The notes beneath the pieces were generated by a model that had not been told where the DNA came from, searched no databases, and saw only the letters and a program-made list of their open reading frames with translations. The position numbers and the translations under genes were made by a program. This document shows positions 1 to 10,928 of a stretch of DNA of 64,000 nt, piece after piece (the stretch's first letter is position 1; the number at the start of each line of letters is the position of its first letter). The stretch comes from Octopus sinensis (lineage: Eukaryota), in assembly GCF_006345805.1 (NCBI RefSeq), contig NC_043012.1:20336001-20400000 (forward strand). Reading direction: 5' to 3'.

Positions 1-170
1 ATATTAAAATTTTTTATGTATCGATTAAGTCTTTCCTTGTTTGATTTGCAAAATAGTGGTTTTGTCTCGAATTAATATTATATAATATTTTACTATAAAA
101 TTGGATTTAATCCTAAATCTGATTTTTTTTCCCTGTAATTTTGGATTTATTCCCTAATATTTATTATTAG

Positions 171-220
<50 letters not shown>

Positions 221-223
<3 letters not shown>

Positions 224-289
224 GTTAAATTTATATTTAATATAGGATAAAATTTTCGAAAATTTTTCTCCATGGCCAGCAATGATATT

Positions 290-346
<57 letters not shown>

Positions 347-409
347 AAATTTATATTTAATATAGTATAAAATTTTCGAAAATTTTTCTCCATGGCCAGC
401 AATGATATT

Positions 410-410
<1 letters not shown>
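221..410. repeat. Tandem duplication of a 70-bp unit (221-290, 341-410; period 120 bp) embedded in (AT)n
   Basis: TATGTTAAATTTATATTTAATATAG(G/T)ATAAAATTTTCGAAAATTTTTCTCCATGGCCAGCAATGATATTT occurs twice with 1 mismatch. Each copy contains the 18-bp palindrome AAAATTTTCGAAAATTTT. Confidence 0.95.
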
Positions 411-461
<51 letters not shown>

Positions 462-1506
462 CCAGAGATCTTACTGTGATTATACATTTTGCCATCTATA
501 TACCTGTTTAGAGAGTCTAACTGAACAAACAATTCATTGAATTTTGAAATCCCAGTCAACTCAGATCTGTTAATTAGTTTGCCTCCAGCAAGTGTCTAGA
601 TTCCCAATTGAATAAATGTTTTATTCTATATTTTCCCGTTGACAACAAAAGATTCAAATACTACTGATGTGTAAGTAATTACGGCCGAACGTGCGTATTT
701 GCGTATATGGATACCTGCGTGTGTGTATTGATTGATTTATTGCAAGATGCGCGTGCTTTGGTTTGATTTTCATGATTTACTTCTAGGTAAAAAAGGATAT
801 GTGTAATCACATTTCATTTCTCTTGTAATTTCGTTATGATATAAGAATGCTGGAGCACTTTCCATTGTAAATTTATTATCATTTTCTTTTGCAATTCGTA
901 TATTTTTTTATTTTATTTTACTGTTTATTATCATTACAATACTATTTGGCCATTGAAATTGTCATACGTAAAAAGTTACAAAAGATATTGAAACTATCAA
1001 GGGAAATAAAAATTGTCACGTATCAAAGTCATTGAGACTACATTAAAGATTATTCAATTCCCATATTCAGCAACAGAAAGACCTCACCTTTTAGAGATGG
1101 TACCTTTAAACGTATAATAAAAAATATTTAAAGTATTATTTTCGTGAGATTTGTATTAATTCATTATTGATAGAATATTATATCTATCTATTATCAACAT
1201 TTGACACCCCAACTCCAAACCTCAAAATATATTCTTGTTCCTCTTGTCACTATCTGAGCAAAGTTTTCATTTTCTGCAGAAATCAGTATCTACGATTAAT
1301 AGAAACGAATTTTTGTGATACATTTTCACACTGAGTATTTTATTTTGCTGTCTCCATAAAACCTTCGAAAACGCAATATTTTACATCTACATTAACCCGT
1401 TATATTTTAGAAATGTCTTATCTCAAAGCTGTAAAATAAATAGAAAAATTCATTTAAATAGATCAGAAATATACATAACAACATATAGATATGTATTTTC
1501 ATGTAT

Positions 1507-1687
1507 CTGAGTGTTTGAGTATGCGTATGTGTGTGTGTGTGTGTGTGTGGTGTGTGTGTGTGTCTGCAAGTCTATACACACACAAAGACACACATAGAAA
1601 CATATATTTTGTTGTGTGTATGTATGTGTGTATGGAAACACACATACATATATATATATATGAATATGTATGTATATATATTTATAC

Positions 1688-1729
<42 letters not shown>

Positions 1730-1770
1730 TGTGTGTGTGGTGTATGTGTGTGTGTGTGTGTATACAAGTA
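1507..1770. repeat. Compound (GT)n/(CA)n/(AT)n microsatellite
   Basis: Read directly; explains ORFs 1450-1878. Confidence 0.95.
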
Positions 1771-2347
1771 TGTGTCTCTGCATGGTGGTGTATGATTCGG
1801 AACAGAAAGACATTAAAAAATCGCATATCACATTTACAAGTTCATTTCCAAATACCACCAAAATTCTATGTTATCTAGTAAAATCCAAAATAGGTTTCCA
1901 TAGACGACTTAAGAATGAGTATGCATGAATTTTCTAGATGCAGTTGACAGATAAATGCAGTGTTCCGTTTCATTCATTAGCAATATATTATTTCAAATAG
2001 TCAAATATTGGCTCCACAAAGCCATTAACCTACTACGAAATGCGAATATCAAAACACTGGAAATTTCAGGAGGTTGTAAAAGTCAGTGATAATATCAATG
2101 AGAAAAATAATATTGCATACATTATGAAAATTCTATTTATCTAAATAACTTGTGAATAGTTCTTCTTGATGGATAAAATGAGTCGCATATTTTACTTCAT
2201 TCTGCTACTAATAGCATGTTAGAAGAAATAATATATTAATATGCATGAAAATGATCGCTTGCTCGGTATTATATTGGTACGTGCATGTGCGTATGACACA
2301 CAGATATGCATCATATAAACATAAATATATGTGTATGTATGTATATC

Positions 2348-2385
<38 letters not shown>

Positions 2386-2925
2386 ATATATATATAAGTA
2401 TATATATATGTATATATATACATACATTTGTATAAATATGTGTGTATATTTGTATATGAATATGTATGTGTAAGTGTGTGTATATAAATATATATTGTGT
2501 TTATCTCCCAATATTTCTTTGCCTCAATGTCTCTATATATATGTAAGCGTGCATCAACTGCGATATACTGCATGAAAGGACACAAAAAATCGAAATCCAG
2601 ATGATATGCCTCGATAGGAAATGAGCTACTTCAACAATGCAGTCGAAGCTCACTCACCTAGTTTTGTCTTTATCTATTGCATATTTCATAACTCTCCTTC
2701 ATCGTACAATCCCCATTATTTTCTGTCTTTCAATAACTTCCACCCACTATAAATATGCTTCACATTATACATATGCCTACCAACATCATGTATACACACA
2801 CACACACGCACACACACATACACACACACACACATATATATATATATACATGTGTATGAGTGTGAATCTGTGAATGTATATATATAAATATATATATATA
2901 CATATATTCATATATGTACATATTC

Positions 2926-2959
<34 letters not shown>

Positions 2960-4189
2960 CTTATATATATATTCGTATATATCTCTCTATCTATCCATCT
3001 ATCTATATATATATATATCTATATATATATATATATTGATATTGATATTGATATTGATATGCATGCGTGCAAGTCCTTACGCTTATTGCTATTGTGTTTT
3101 GTATACTTACACACATTCACACACATATATTTACATTCACGTCTGTACACATATACATATTTCATGTCATAGAATTGTGCTTTGTTGTAGAAATCACCTG
3201 TAGATCTTTATATATGACTTGCAGTTTATTTATGAATAATGAATGGGTAAAAACATATAGTATATATTTGATAATGCTTCAGATTCAAATAAGTATATCT
3301 TCAAACTATTTTTACAAAAGGACAATAGGGAAAAAAAGGATGATACACAGGGAAATGTATCTTACTGCCTATATATGTATATATATATGTGTGTGTGTGT
3401 GTGTGTATGTGTTGTGCTGGTTGTTTTTTATGTGCATGTGTGTGCATACGTGTGCGTTGCTTTTCATTTGTATTCTGACGTGTTTATTTTTTAACTTATG
3501 TAGATGTACTAACATATATGCATGTAAATATGGAAATATTCTCTCATACATTGACATATACCTGTTTATATGCCATTGATATCATAAAAGCCATCTTTCA
3601 TACGCTACATATATTCCATTTTATATCTTTTATTATTTGAATTTGTAATAACTTTACCAATGTCCATTGTATATAGATTACCCTTTTTAATATATTACAA
3701 GAAATATTACCTTCAGATGAATAGTTGTCTGTATTTGTTTTAGGCTATTATAAGATATCTAACACAAATGCCTATAAACTAATACTCTATTCGGCATTCT
3801 TTACATCATAGTCTTCATTATTAAAGAGATTTTTAATAGCAGTACCAACAATCATTTCCTACCATGTAATCGTCTAAATAACCAGTTTTATACATTTGTA
3901 AGTCAATATAAATATAATAATGTATAAATAAATTGCTTGAAGTAACCTAATTATATAGAAGAGCGCAAACACAAAGTGTTTGCAAACAAATGGAGTGAGT
4001 GAGAGAGTGAGAAGAAAAGAATTCTTTGAAAATAATATTATATTTTACATACTTTATGCAGTTTCCTGCTTTGTACATTCAAACCACGTCGGCTCTTCAA
4101 ATTTACCTCTTATCTTTTTGGAGATAAACTTTGGGAAGATAATTTTGGCAGATTTAAAAAAGATTTTCTGTAACTGCTGGCAAACATAA

Positions 4190-4425
4190 GGACGACAGAA
4201 ACATGATTAATCGGGCTGAGTACTAGGAGATTGAACCAGATATGACCTCGTGGCAGAAGGACCAATCGATACGACCGCATTCGAGCTTATTTTATCTGTC
4301 ATGATGGGGTGAAAAACAAAATCGACCTGCTGAATCTAAACTCACAACGCAAAGACGGACAAACTGCCGCTAAGCACCTAGCTCAGCGTGGTTACGATGC
4401 AGCCATTTCGCTGTCCTCGATTGAT
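4190..4425 (-). mobile_element. Degenerate SINE, family B (tRNA-derived head, TTTGCCTTTCATCC-type core)
   Basis: AAAATCGACCTGCTGAATCTAAACTCACAACGCAAAGACGGACAAACTGCCGCTAAGCAC aligns by eye with the better copies at 20589-20984 and 36260-36475. Confidence 0.55.
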
Positions 4426-4894
4426 AAGATTATTAAAAGCAAGAAAGATGAATGCTATAATATCGAATGATCAAAGCAATGAATTTTGAAATGGTTTAGG
4501 GTAAAATAATACGTAAAACGACTTTCAGCGAATCTATCTGCCGTTTTCAAACGTAGCATATTCGAGAAATATAACGAAATAAATCAGAATGTACAGCGGG
4601 GATATTGTATCGAAAAGACAAACGCAGGCGTAGAAAAGATTATTAAAAGAATATTTACTTTTTTTCAATTATTTTCTTATTTTTTTCTCGACGGTTCATT
4701 CCAAACCCCCAGAAGAAGAAAGAAAAACAGACAACCAAAGACAGTAAGTTAACAGAGTGAAATTAATCTCTTACATATGCTAATCTCGATATAACTTCAA
4801 TTTTGTTACGTGCTTCTAATATAGATCCATCGAACTTTTGATCGGCCTGCATTATATAAACACCACCCGCGCACACACATACTCCCACGCAGGC

Positions 4895-4895
<1 letters not shown>

Positions 4896-4929
<34 letters not shown>

Positions 4930-4956
4930 ATATATATATGCGTGTGTGTGTGTATG

Positions 4957-5008
<52 letters not shown>

Positions 5009-5020
5009 TGTGTGTGTATG

Positions 5021-5073
<53 letters not shown>
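4896..5073. repeat. Compound microsatellite (AT)n-GC(GT)n-ATGT(CT)n, duplicated as a block
   Basis: The block appears at ~4940-4975 and again at ~5006-5052. Confidence 0.9.
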
Positions 5074-5075
<2 letters not shown>

Positions 5076-5622
5076 CGTGGTTTGGTCAGTAAGTATTGTC
5101 AATATGTGTTGCGATAGTAATGAGGCTAAAGCACGCCGAGTAATGCCGCTTGGCAAAGATTGACATTGAACTCTACTATTTACAGCAGTGTTTGGAAGGA
5201 ACGTGTGTAGCGTGTGATCGTCCCATTGACTATGACAGAGAAAGTTTTTATGGTAATACCTGTTCAGAGGCCTATACAATGTTGCCGAAAATGTATGGAG
5301 AGGAGTGTATGAGCCGTATAAAAGTACACAAGTGTTTCATACTTTTCCAAGATGGCTGAAAGAATGTCGATACTGAATAACATTCTGAGAGAGCCGCAAT
5401 CAACAGGACTGAGATAAACATTGTAGTTGTACCAGCAACAGTGAGGTGTAATTGTCGAATCACCATCCGTGAATAATCAGACGTTGTGCAGAAGTGGGTA
5501 TGAGATGAGTGTTTGCCAAGTTTGTGCCAAAACTGCTTTCAGCTGACCCAAAACTTCACTCGAGTTCCAGCTGCACAAGATCTCTTTGATTGTGTCTAGA
5601 ACGAAGAAAGCTTTTTAAAAAC
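5074..5622 (+). mobile_element. Mariner 5' half (TIR, leader, HTH region up to just before the first catalytic Asp); dead
   Basis: Translates GNTCSEAYTMLPKMYGEECMSRIKVHKCFILFQDG*KNVD (mariner HTH), then MR*VFAKFVPKLLSAD (WVPHEL-equivalent motif) and, after a frameshift, RVPAAQDLFDCV*NEESFLKT. Starts TACGTGGTTTGGTCAGTAAGTA inside an (AT)n tract. Confidence 0.85.
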
Positions 5623-5903
5623 TTTGCGTAGGTCTCAGAGCAGGTATCGGAAAGTTTTTGGCAAACTTTGATGCAGATTCTCTGCTCAACATCCTCTGTC
5701 ATGTTCAATGCGAGGTTCACTCGCTACAGACCTTGCTTTCAAGCACTACTGTAAACGGCGGATGTGAGCTGGAACGTTACAACTTAATAGGCATGCACAG
5801 CAGAGCTCGAGGTCAAGCCGTGCGAAGCGAAGCCGCTTTACTTTGCGTGCTTTAACTTCGTTTCTATGGTAACAGTCCAGATATTTATTGTTCATACCCC
5901 GTA
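5623..5903 (-). mobile_element. Second mariner 5' end in opposite orientation, fused to the first
   Basis: Reverse complement begins TACGGGGTATGAACAATAAATA (16/22 to the left terminus), shares the leader motif TAAAGCACGC..AGTAA.GC.GCTT, and encodes MTEDVEQRICIKVCQKLSDTCSETYAK. Confidence 0.8.
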
Positions 5904-5928
5904 TATATATGTATATCTATCTATCTCT

Positions 5929-5982
5929 ATGTATGTATGTATGTATGTATGTATGTATGTATGTATGTATGTATGTATGTAT
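5929..5982. repeat. (ATGT)n microsatellite
   Basis: Read directly. Confidence 0.95.
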
Positions 5983-6095
5983 GGGTGTATGTGTGTGATG
6001 TGTGTGCGTGCGGTAAAATTACTCAAATCGATTGCACGCTTTCAGTTAAGATTAACTGCAGTCGTTATTGCAAGTTACAAGATGCTCGTTTTCTG

Positions 6096-6127
<32 letters not shown>

Positions 6128-6553
6128 ACACTTTCACTCTCTCACTCGTTAGTTGACCACAAGACAAGTACCATATTGCGATTATTATTTGTGGTGTTGG
6201 TCGTAGTTGGGCGTATATATTTGCCAGTAAAGGCAACAATTGTGGTGATGTGGTTTAATCCACCCTTCATTTTAGTATGCATGATTTCGTGTAGCGAAGT
6301 CCTCCTCAGGAATAAACAGTATCTATAAGTATATTGAAATATTTGAAGACCACATCGTTAACATTATCTACTCATGCTTAGATAGTATTACTTCCAACAT
6401 CGCACAGTACAACAGAAACTTATAGATAGCATCATGCTATCTATATCATCATGATATCAGTGTATATCTTTCAGTAGTCGTAGGGAAGGATTTGTGATGG
6501 AGGGGTACTTGAACATCAGTTTAAAGCTGGGGTTTACGTAAATATGAAACTAT

Positions 6554-6721
6554 GGGCGTGGCTGTGGGGTAAGAAGATTGCTTCCCAACAACCTGGTCTC
6601 GTGTTCAGTCCCACTGCATGTCGCCTTCGGCGAGTGTCTTCTACTATAGCCTTGGTCCGACACATGTCTTGTGAGTGGATTTGATAGATGAAAACTGAAT
6701 GAAGCCTGTCACACACACATG

Positions 6722-6767
<46 letters not shown>

Positions 6768-6796
6768 CACACACACTCACACACATACACACACAT

Positions 6797-6850
<54 letters not shown>

Positions 6851-7047
6851 TTGTGTGTGTGTGTGTGTGTTTTCCTCCGCTTCCGTTTGACAACCGGTGT
6901 TGGTTTTCTAACTTCTCGTAACTTAGCGGTTTGGAAAAATACTTCCAATAGAATAAGTACCGGGCTTTAAAAATATAAGTACTGGCGTCGATTCATTAAA
7001 CTAACAAATTCGTCAAGGTGGTGTCCCAGCTTAGCCGCAGACTAATG
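6554..7047 (+). mobile_element. SINE family A (tRNA-like head, CORE-like domain, internal microsatellite, 3' tail)
   Basis: Head GGGCGTGGCTGTGGGGTAAGAAG...GTTCAGTCCCACTGC (A/B-box-like), CCTTCGGCGAGTGTCTTCTACTATAGCC, (AT)/(CA) insert, tail TAACTTAGCGGTTTGG...AATAAGTAC...GGTGTCCCAGC. Homologous to 15721-16108 and 60955-61082. Resembles octopus OR-type CORE-SINEs (from memory). Confidence 0.9.
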
Positions 7048-7510
7048 CGATATGACTTCGCAAGTGCAGTACCTAATACCGTTTAGAAATAAGACTGTCC
7101 TGAAATATAGAGTCACCCTGCCATTGAGTGCATACACAAACATCGACACAATGATTACTAAGAGAACATTGCCATCAAAGCATAACAGGCCGGATACTGG
7201 TTTTCGATAGACAAGGAAAACATAAGTACGCCCTGATGTCCTGCAGATGTGAATATTTCTCTCAAAATCAATGACAAAAGTGGATAATTAGGAACAAATG
7301 CTTAAAACCACCCGTTTCTATACCTAGATTATAAATTCCCCATGTATGCCCATGACGGTTGGTTCACTTGGTTTTGTGAGTAAATGCTCATGTGACACGT
7401 TGCATGAACTATGGTTTATAGTAAAGGACATCAACCAACTCGCACATTACAAATACAATTTCTAAGCGAAAAGATTAGGTAAGAATTTACACAAGTTTAA
7501 AATGTGACGT
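7048..7510 (+). mobile_element. 3' fragment of an RLE-endonuclease non-LTR retrotransposon (R4/Dong-like); dead
   Basis: Translates ...SKHNRPDTG...PMTVGSLGFVSKCSCDTLHELWF...KNLHKFKM*, matching the HNRPD...PIIVGALG C-terminal RLE pattern. Multiple stops. Confidence 0.7.
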
Positions 7511-7765
7511 TGTTTTTCATATTTACAAGCACGTGTCAACGATAAAGATTTACATCTTTAAAAAAAAGCCGCGTCCCCGGCGGAAGTATTTAAATATTTA
7601 AAAGGAGACGAGAATGTATATGCATACGTATATTCTCCGATCTTGATCTCATATCTTTCGTAGACATTTTTATACATACACCACCCACACGCCCACACGC
7701 AAAAAAGCACACATACATTCATGTGTGTGCTTTGTGTGTGTGTATAAATTTATATATATATATAT

Positions 7766-7797
<32 letters not shown>

Positions 7798-7954
7798 CAT
7801 ATACAGACACAGGGTCGTTCTTTATGTTGTTTATCTTGTTTTCCACTTGTGTCTTTCGTTGTTCGAAAAAATACTTCATATTCCCTGTACTCGTACTTCT
7901 TATCTTTCTGTTGTACACGTTTCATAACGTACTGTACCTACATATGCATATATA

Positions 7955-8002
<48 letters not shown>

Positions 8003-8004
8003 AA

Positions 8005-8200
8005 ACATGAAAACACAAAGAGAAAACACAACAACGTGAGGACGTGGAGCAAGTATAATATTATTGGACGCGTAGGAAAGAAGGAAAGAAGGAGGGTCTA
8101 ACGTTTCGAGCGGATCTCTTCGTCAAAAACATAGGAAAAGGAAAGATCCAAAGAAGGAAAGACGGAGAAAAAAAATCGCCAACGGTACACACGCGGTCAC
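8005..8200 (-). mobile_element. Short repeat carrying a degenerate minimal hammerhead motif (probable PLE terminal repeat)
   Basis: Reverse complement 8130-8096 = GTTT TTGACGA A GAGATCCGCTC GAAACGTT AGAC, in pyrimidine-rich flanks. Confidence 0.55.
8096..8130 (-). ncRNA. Degenerate minimal type-I hammerhead ribozyme (core C3>U, one stem-II mismatch); probably inactive
   Basis: Core (C>T)TGACGA and GAAA, stem I GTTT/AGAC, stem II GAG(A)-TCC-GCTC, palindromic AACGTT stem III. Confidence 0.5.
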
Positions 8201-8244
<44 letters not shown>

Positions 8245-9127
8245 TATAGATGTATGTACATATACGTATGTATATGTGTCTATAAATATATATTATTTAT
8301 AATATATATATATACAGAGAGAGAAAGAGAGAGACTTTCTCCTAGATTTGCAGTGTATATTCTGATACACTTTTGGTTATTTATTTCTCTCTCTGTATCT
8401 ACGTAGCTCTATCTCCTGCTTTACTTTCCACCCTTCTCTCTCTCTCCCTCACACTCTTCTCTCTCTCTCACTAGATTTATGGGCTATGATGTATGCATCG
8501 CCTACGCAAATGATATCTAAACGTGAGCGAATACTTTTATTTTATTTTATATTTAAACAATGATACATCAATTATATCTCTTCAATACAATAAACATTCG
8601 TACTGCGACAAGACTATCTAATTATGTTTGGCATTTACATGCATTTACATACTTACATGCAGCTGCCTTCAACATCAAGTTGTAATACTTCAACTTTCAT
8701 TGATATGATAGCAATAACTGGTACGAACTTTTGTGTATTATTCCTGCCCGAAATGGAATTCCAACGAAATAAACGTCATAAAACTGAAAACTGCCAGCAT
8801 CTGCTACTGTTCACAAAATTAAGTACCTGTAGCAATTTTGAAAACATTATACGACTCCAAGTTTGAATCAGTTAAATATCAGTTTTCTCTTTGTGCCTTA
8901 ATCAGTTTCCTCTTTGTATATTCTTTGCATTCGGCAACCGGCTTTATCTTGTTATGATGCATAAAGATAAATACTTAAATAATTTCAACTCATTAAGTTT
9001 CCGTATTTACTTCAGTAAAACAATGCTTTCAATGGCAAGTATATTATTAAGATTGTACATGTTCACTCCTGCTTTAACTTTCAATAAGAAATGGCAAGCA
9101 AATCCATAAACTTGCTACGCAAAATTA

Positions 9128-9256
9128 ATAATAATTAGCAGTTCTTATGAGTCACTGACGTTGAATTTTTCTACGGAAATTTTCAACACTTGTGAAAGAT
9201 TTTCATTGCTGACAGAAACCACCATGTAATAGGTGTGTATGTGTTTGTGAGTATGT
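9128..9256 (+). repeat. Unclassified dispersed repeat, copy 1
   Basis: Aligns by eye (~75%) with 53527-53656: TAATAATTAGCA...TCACTGA.GTTGAATTTTT...AAACCACCA.GTAATAGGTGTG. Confidence 0.8.
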
Positions 9257-10748
9257 TAGTGAGTATGTTAGTGCGCATGTGTACGTGTGTGTAGGTTGTG
9301 TGTCTGTGCTTTACATGCATGTATCAATATATATGCACGCACCTAGATATGCATTCACACGCTTGTATCAGGAGAGTCGACATAAAATGTTAAAAAACAA
9401 AATTGTCACGAGTAAAATCGATTTGTGACCTTGATCACATTTTTCCAGAGACAATAAGCGGCGCCATTTTAGAGAAATAAAACTGGCAGATAATAAAGCT
9501 TGTGCAAAATGAACAGGAATTTTCAGAAACATCACTGAATGTTAAATGTAGCACATAAGAATAAAAATTAAAACAAAATAATTGGAAATATTTCAAGTCT
9601 AAAAGAAGGATACTTACACACACACACACACACACTCAGAGACGTCCGTGCCCACACACAATATATATGTATGTATGTATGTATATATGTATGCATATAT
9701 ATACACACACACGTGTGTGTAAGATTCCACAAATATATTTTGTATGTATAGATCTGCATATGCATCTATGTAATTTGAAGAAATAGATTTCCTTGTCTAA
9801 CATTATTTTCATGCAATATATAAAAAATAGAGAAGCAGTATACAAATCTTCGTCAGTACATTTCCTGAAGACGATAAATACCACACGTCTCTGTAAAGAT
9901 TAATTGAAAATCAAAGTCAATAATTTAAACACAAATATATTTGAAATACTTTCTAAAGCATATCATGTAAAAGGATCGATTCAATTCCCTTCTCAGTTAA
10001 TTCTTAAATGAAATTTTTAATACTCCAAGGTTCAAAGAAAATGTTTTTTGATTTTTTTTTTCTGAGAGAAATATTACTGTTTTATACACTGTGTTAGAGA
10101 CGTCGAAAAATCGATTCTACCTTGAAATATGGTTCCTTAATACATGCTATTTCGAGAAGAGGGAGAAGATGAATTATTTCATGAATAATAAATTATATAT
10201 ATATATATATATATTTAATTATTTATTTATTTATTTATTTATTTATATTCATATATAAATATATATATACATATATAAACACCTGTTTATATATGTGTGC
10301 GTGTTTATAATATATTTATATTTATATATAAATAAATATATATATATGCATGCATATGTGTATGTATGTATCCATACATGTATATATGCATATAGAAGTC
10401 ATCTATAAAATATAATTTTAGTTGAATAAAACGTAAGAAACATTTCTTTCCTTCCTCCGAGGAATATATATGCATCTCCGAAATAGCTAGTGAAAAATAT
10501 CAAATCTATGATGAAAATATACAAGAAATATTCGTGTTTAAAATACAATAACAAAAAAAAAACGGCGTTTTATTTTACTCACTTTCGATTGTGTGCAATG
10601 ATAAATATAATATGAAATAAATATAAAATGTACATATCACTTAAGATGTTTATCATGAAACATAATTTTATTTACCTATCTCATGTGTATATGTTTCTTA
10701 TTGTTATTGCAACGGATAGAAATGAACAAGAAACTCCTAATATATCTA

Positions 10749-10928
<180 letters not shown>

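Noticed and set aside
221-410. Direct repeats with a spacer as a possible CRISPR array
   Set aside because: Only two 70-bp units separated by (AT)n, in a eukaryotic context with no cas genes.
1088-1428. Minus-strand exon-like segment (TTTTACAG acceptor at 1429, AAG|GTGAGG donor at 1087)
   Set aside because: Stops in all three frames; such splice-like motifs are common in AT-rich DNA. It could be a non-coding exon but is unsupported.
6554-6625. tRNA-like A/B boxes in SINE heads (also ~16040-16108, ~19930-19993)
   Set aside because: These are SINE heads and do not fold into a complete cloverleaf, so they are not tRNA genes.
9845-9895. CTGAAGA on + and CTGACGA on - close together
   Set aside because: Neither is followed by a stem II and GAAA.
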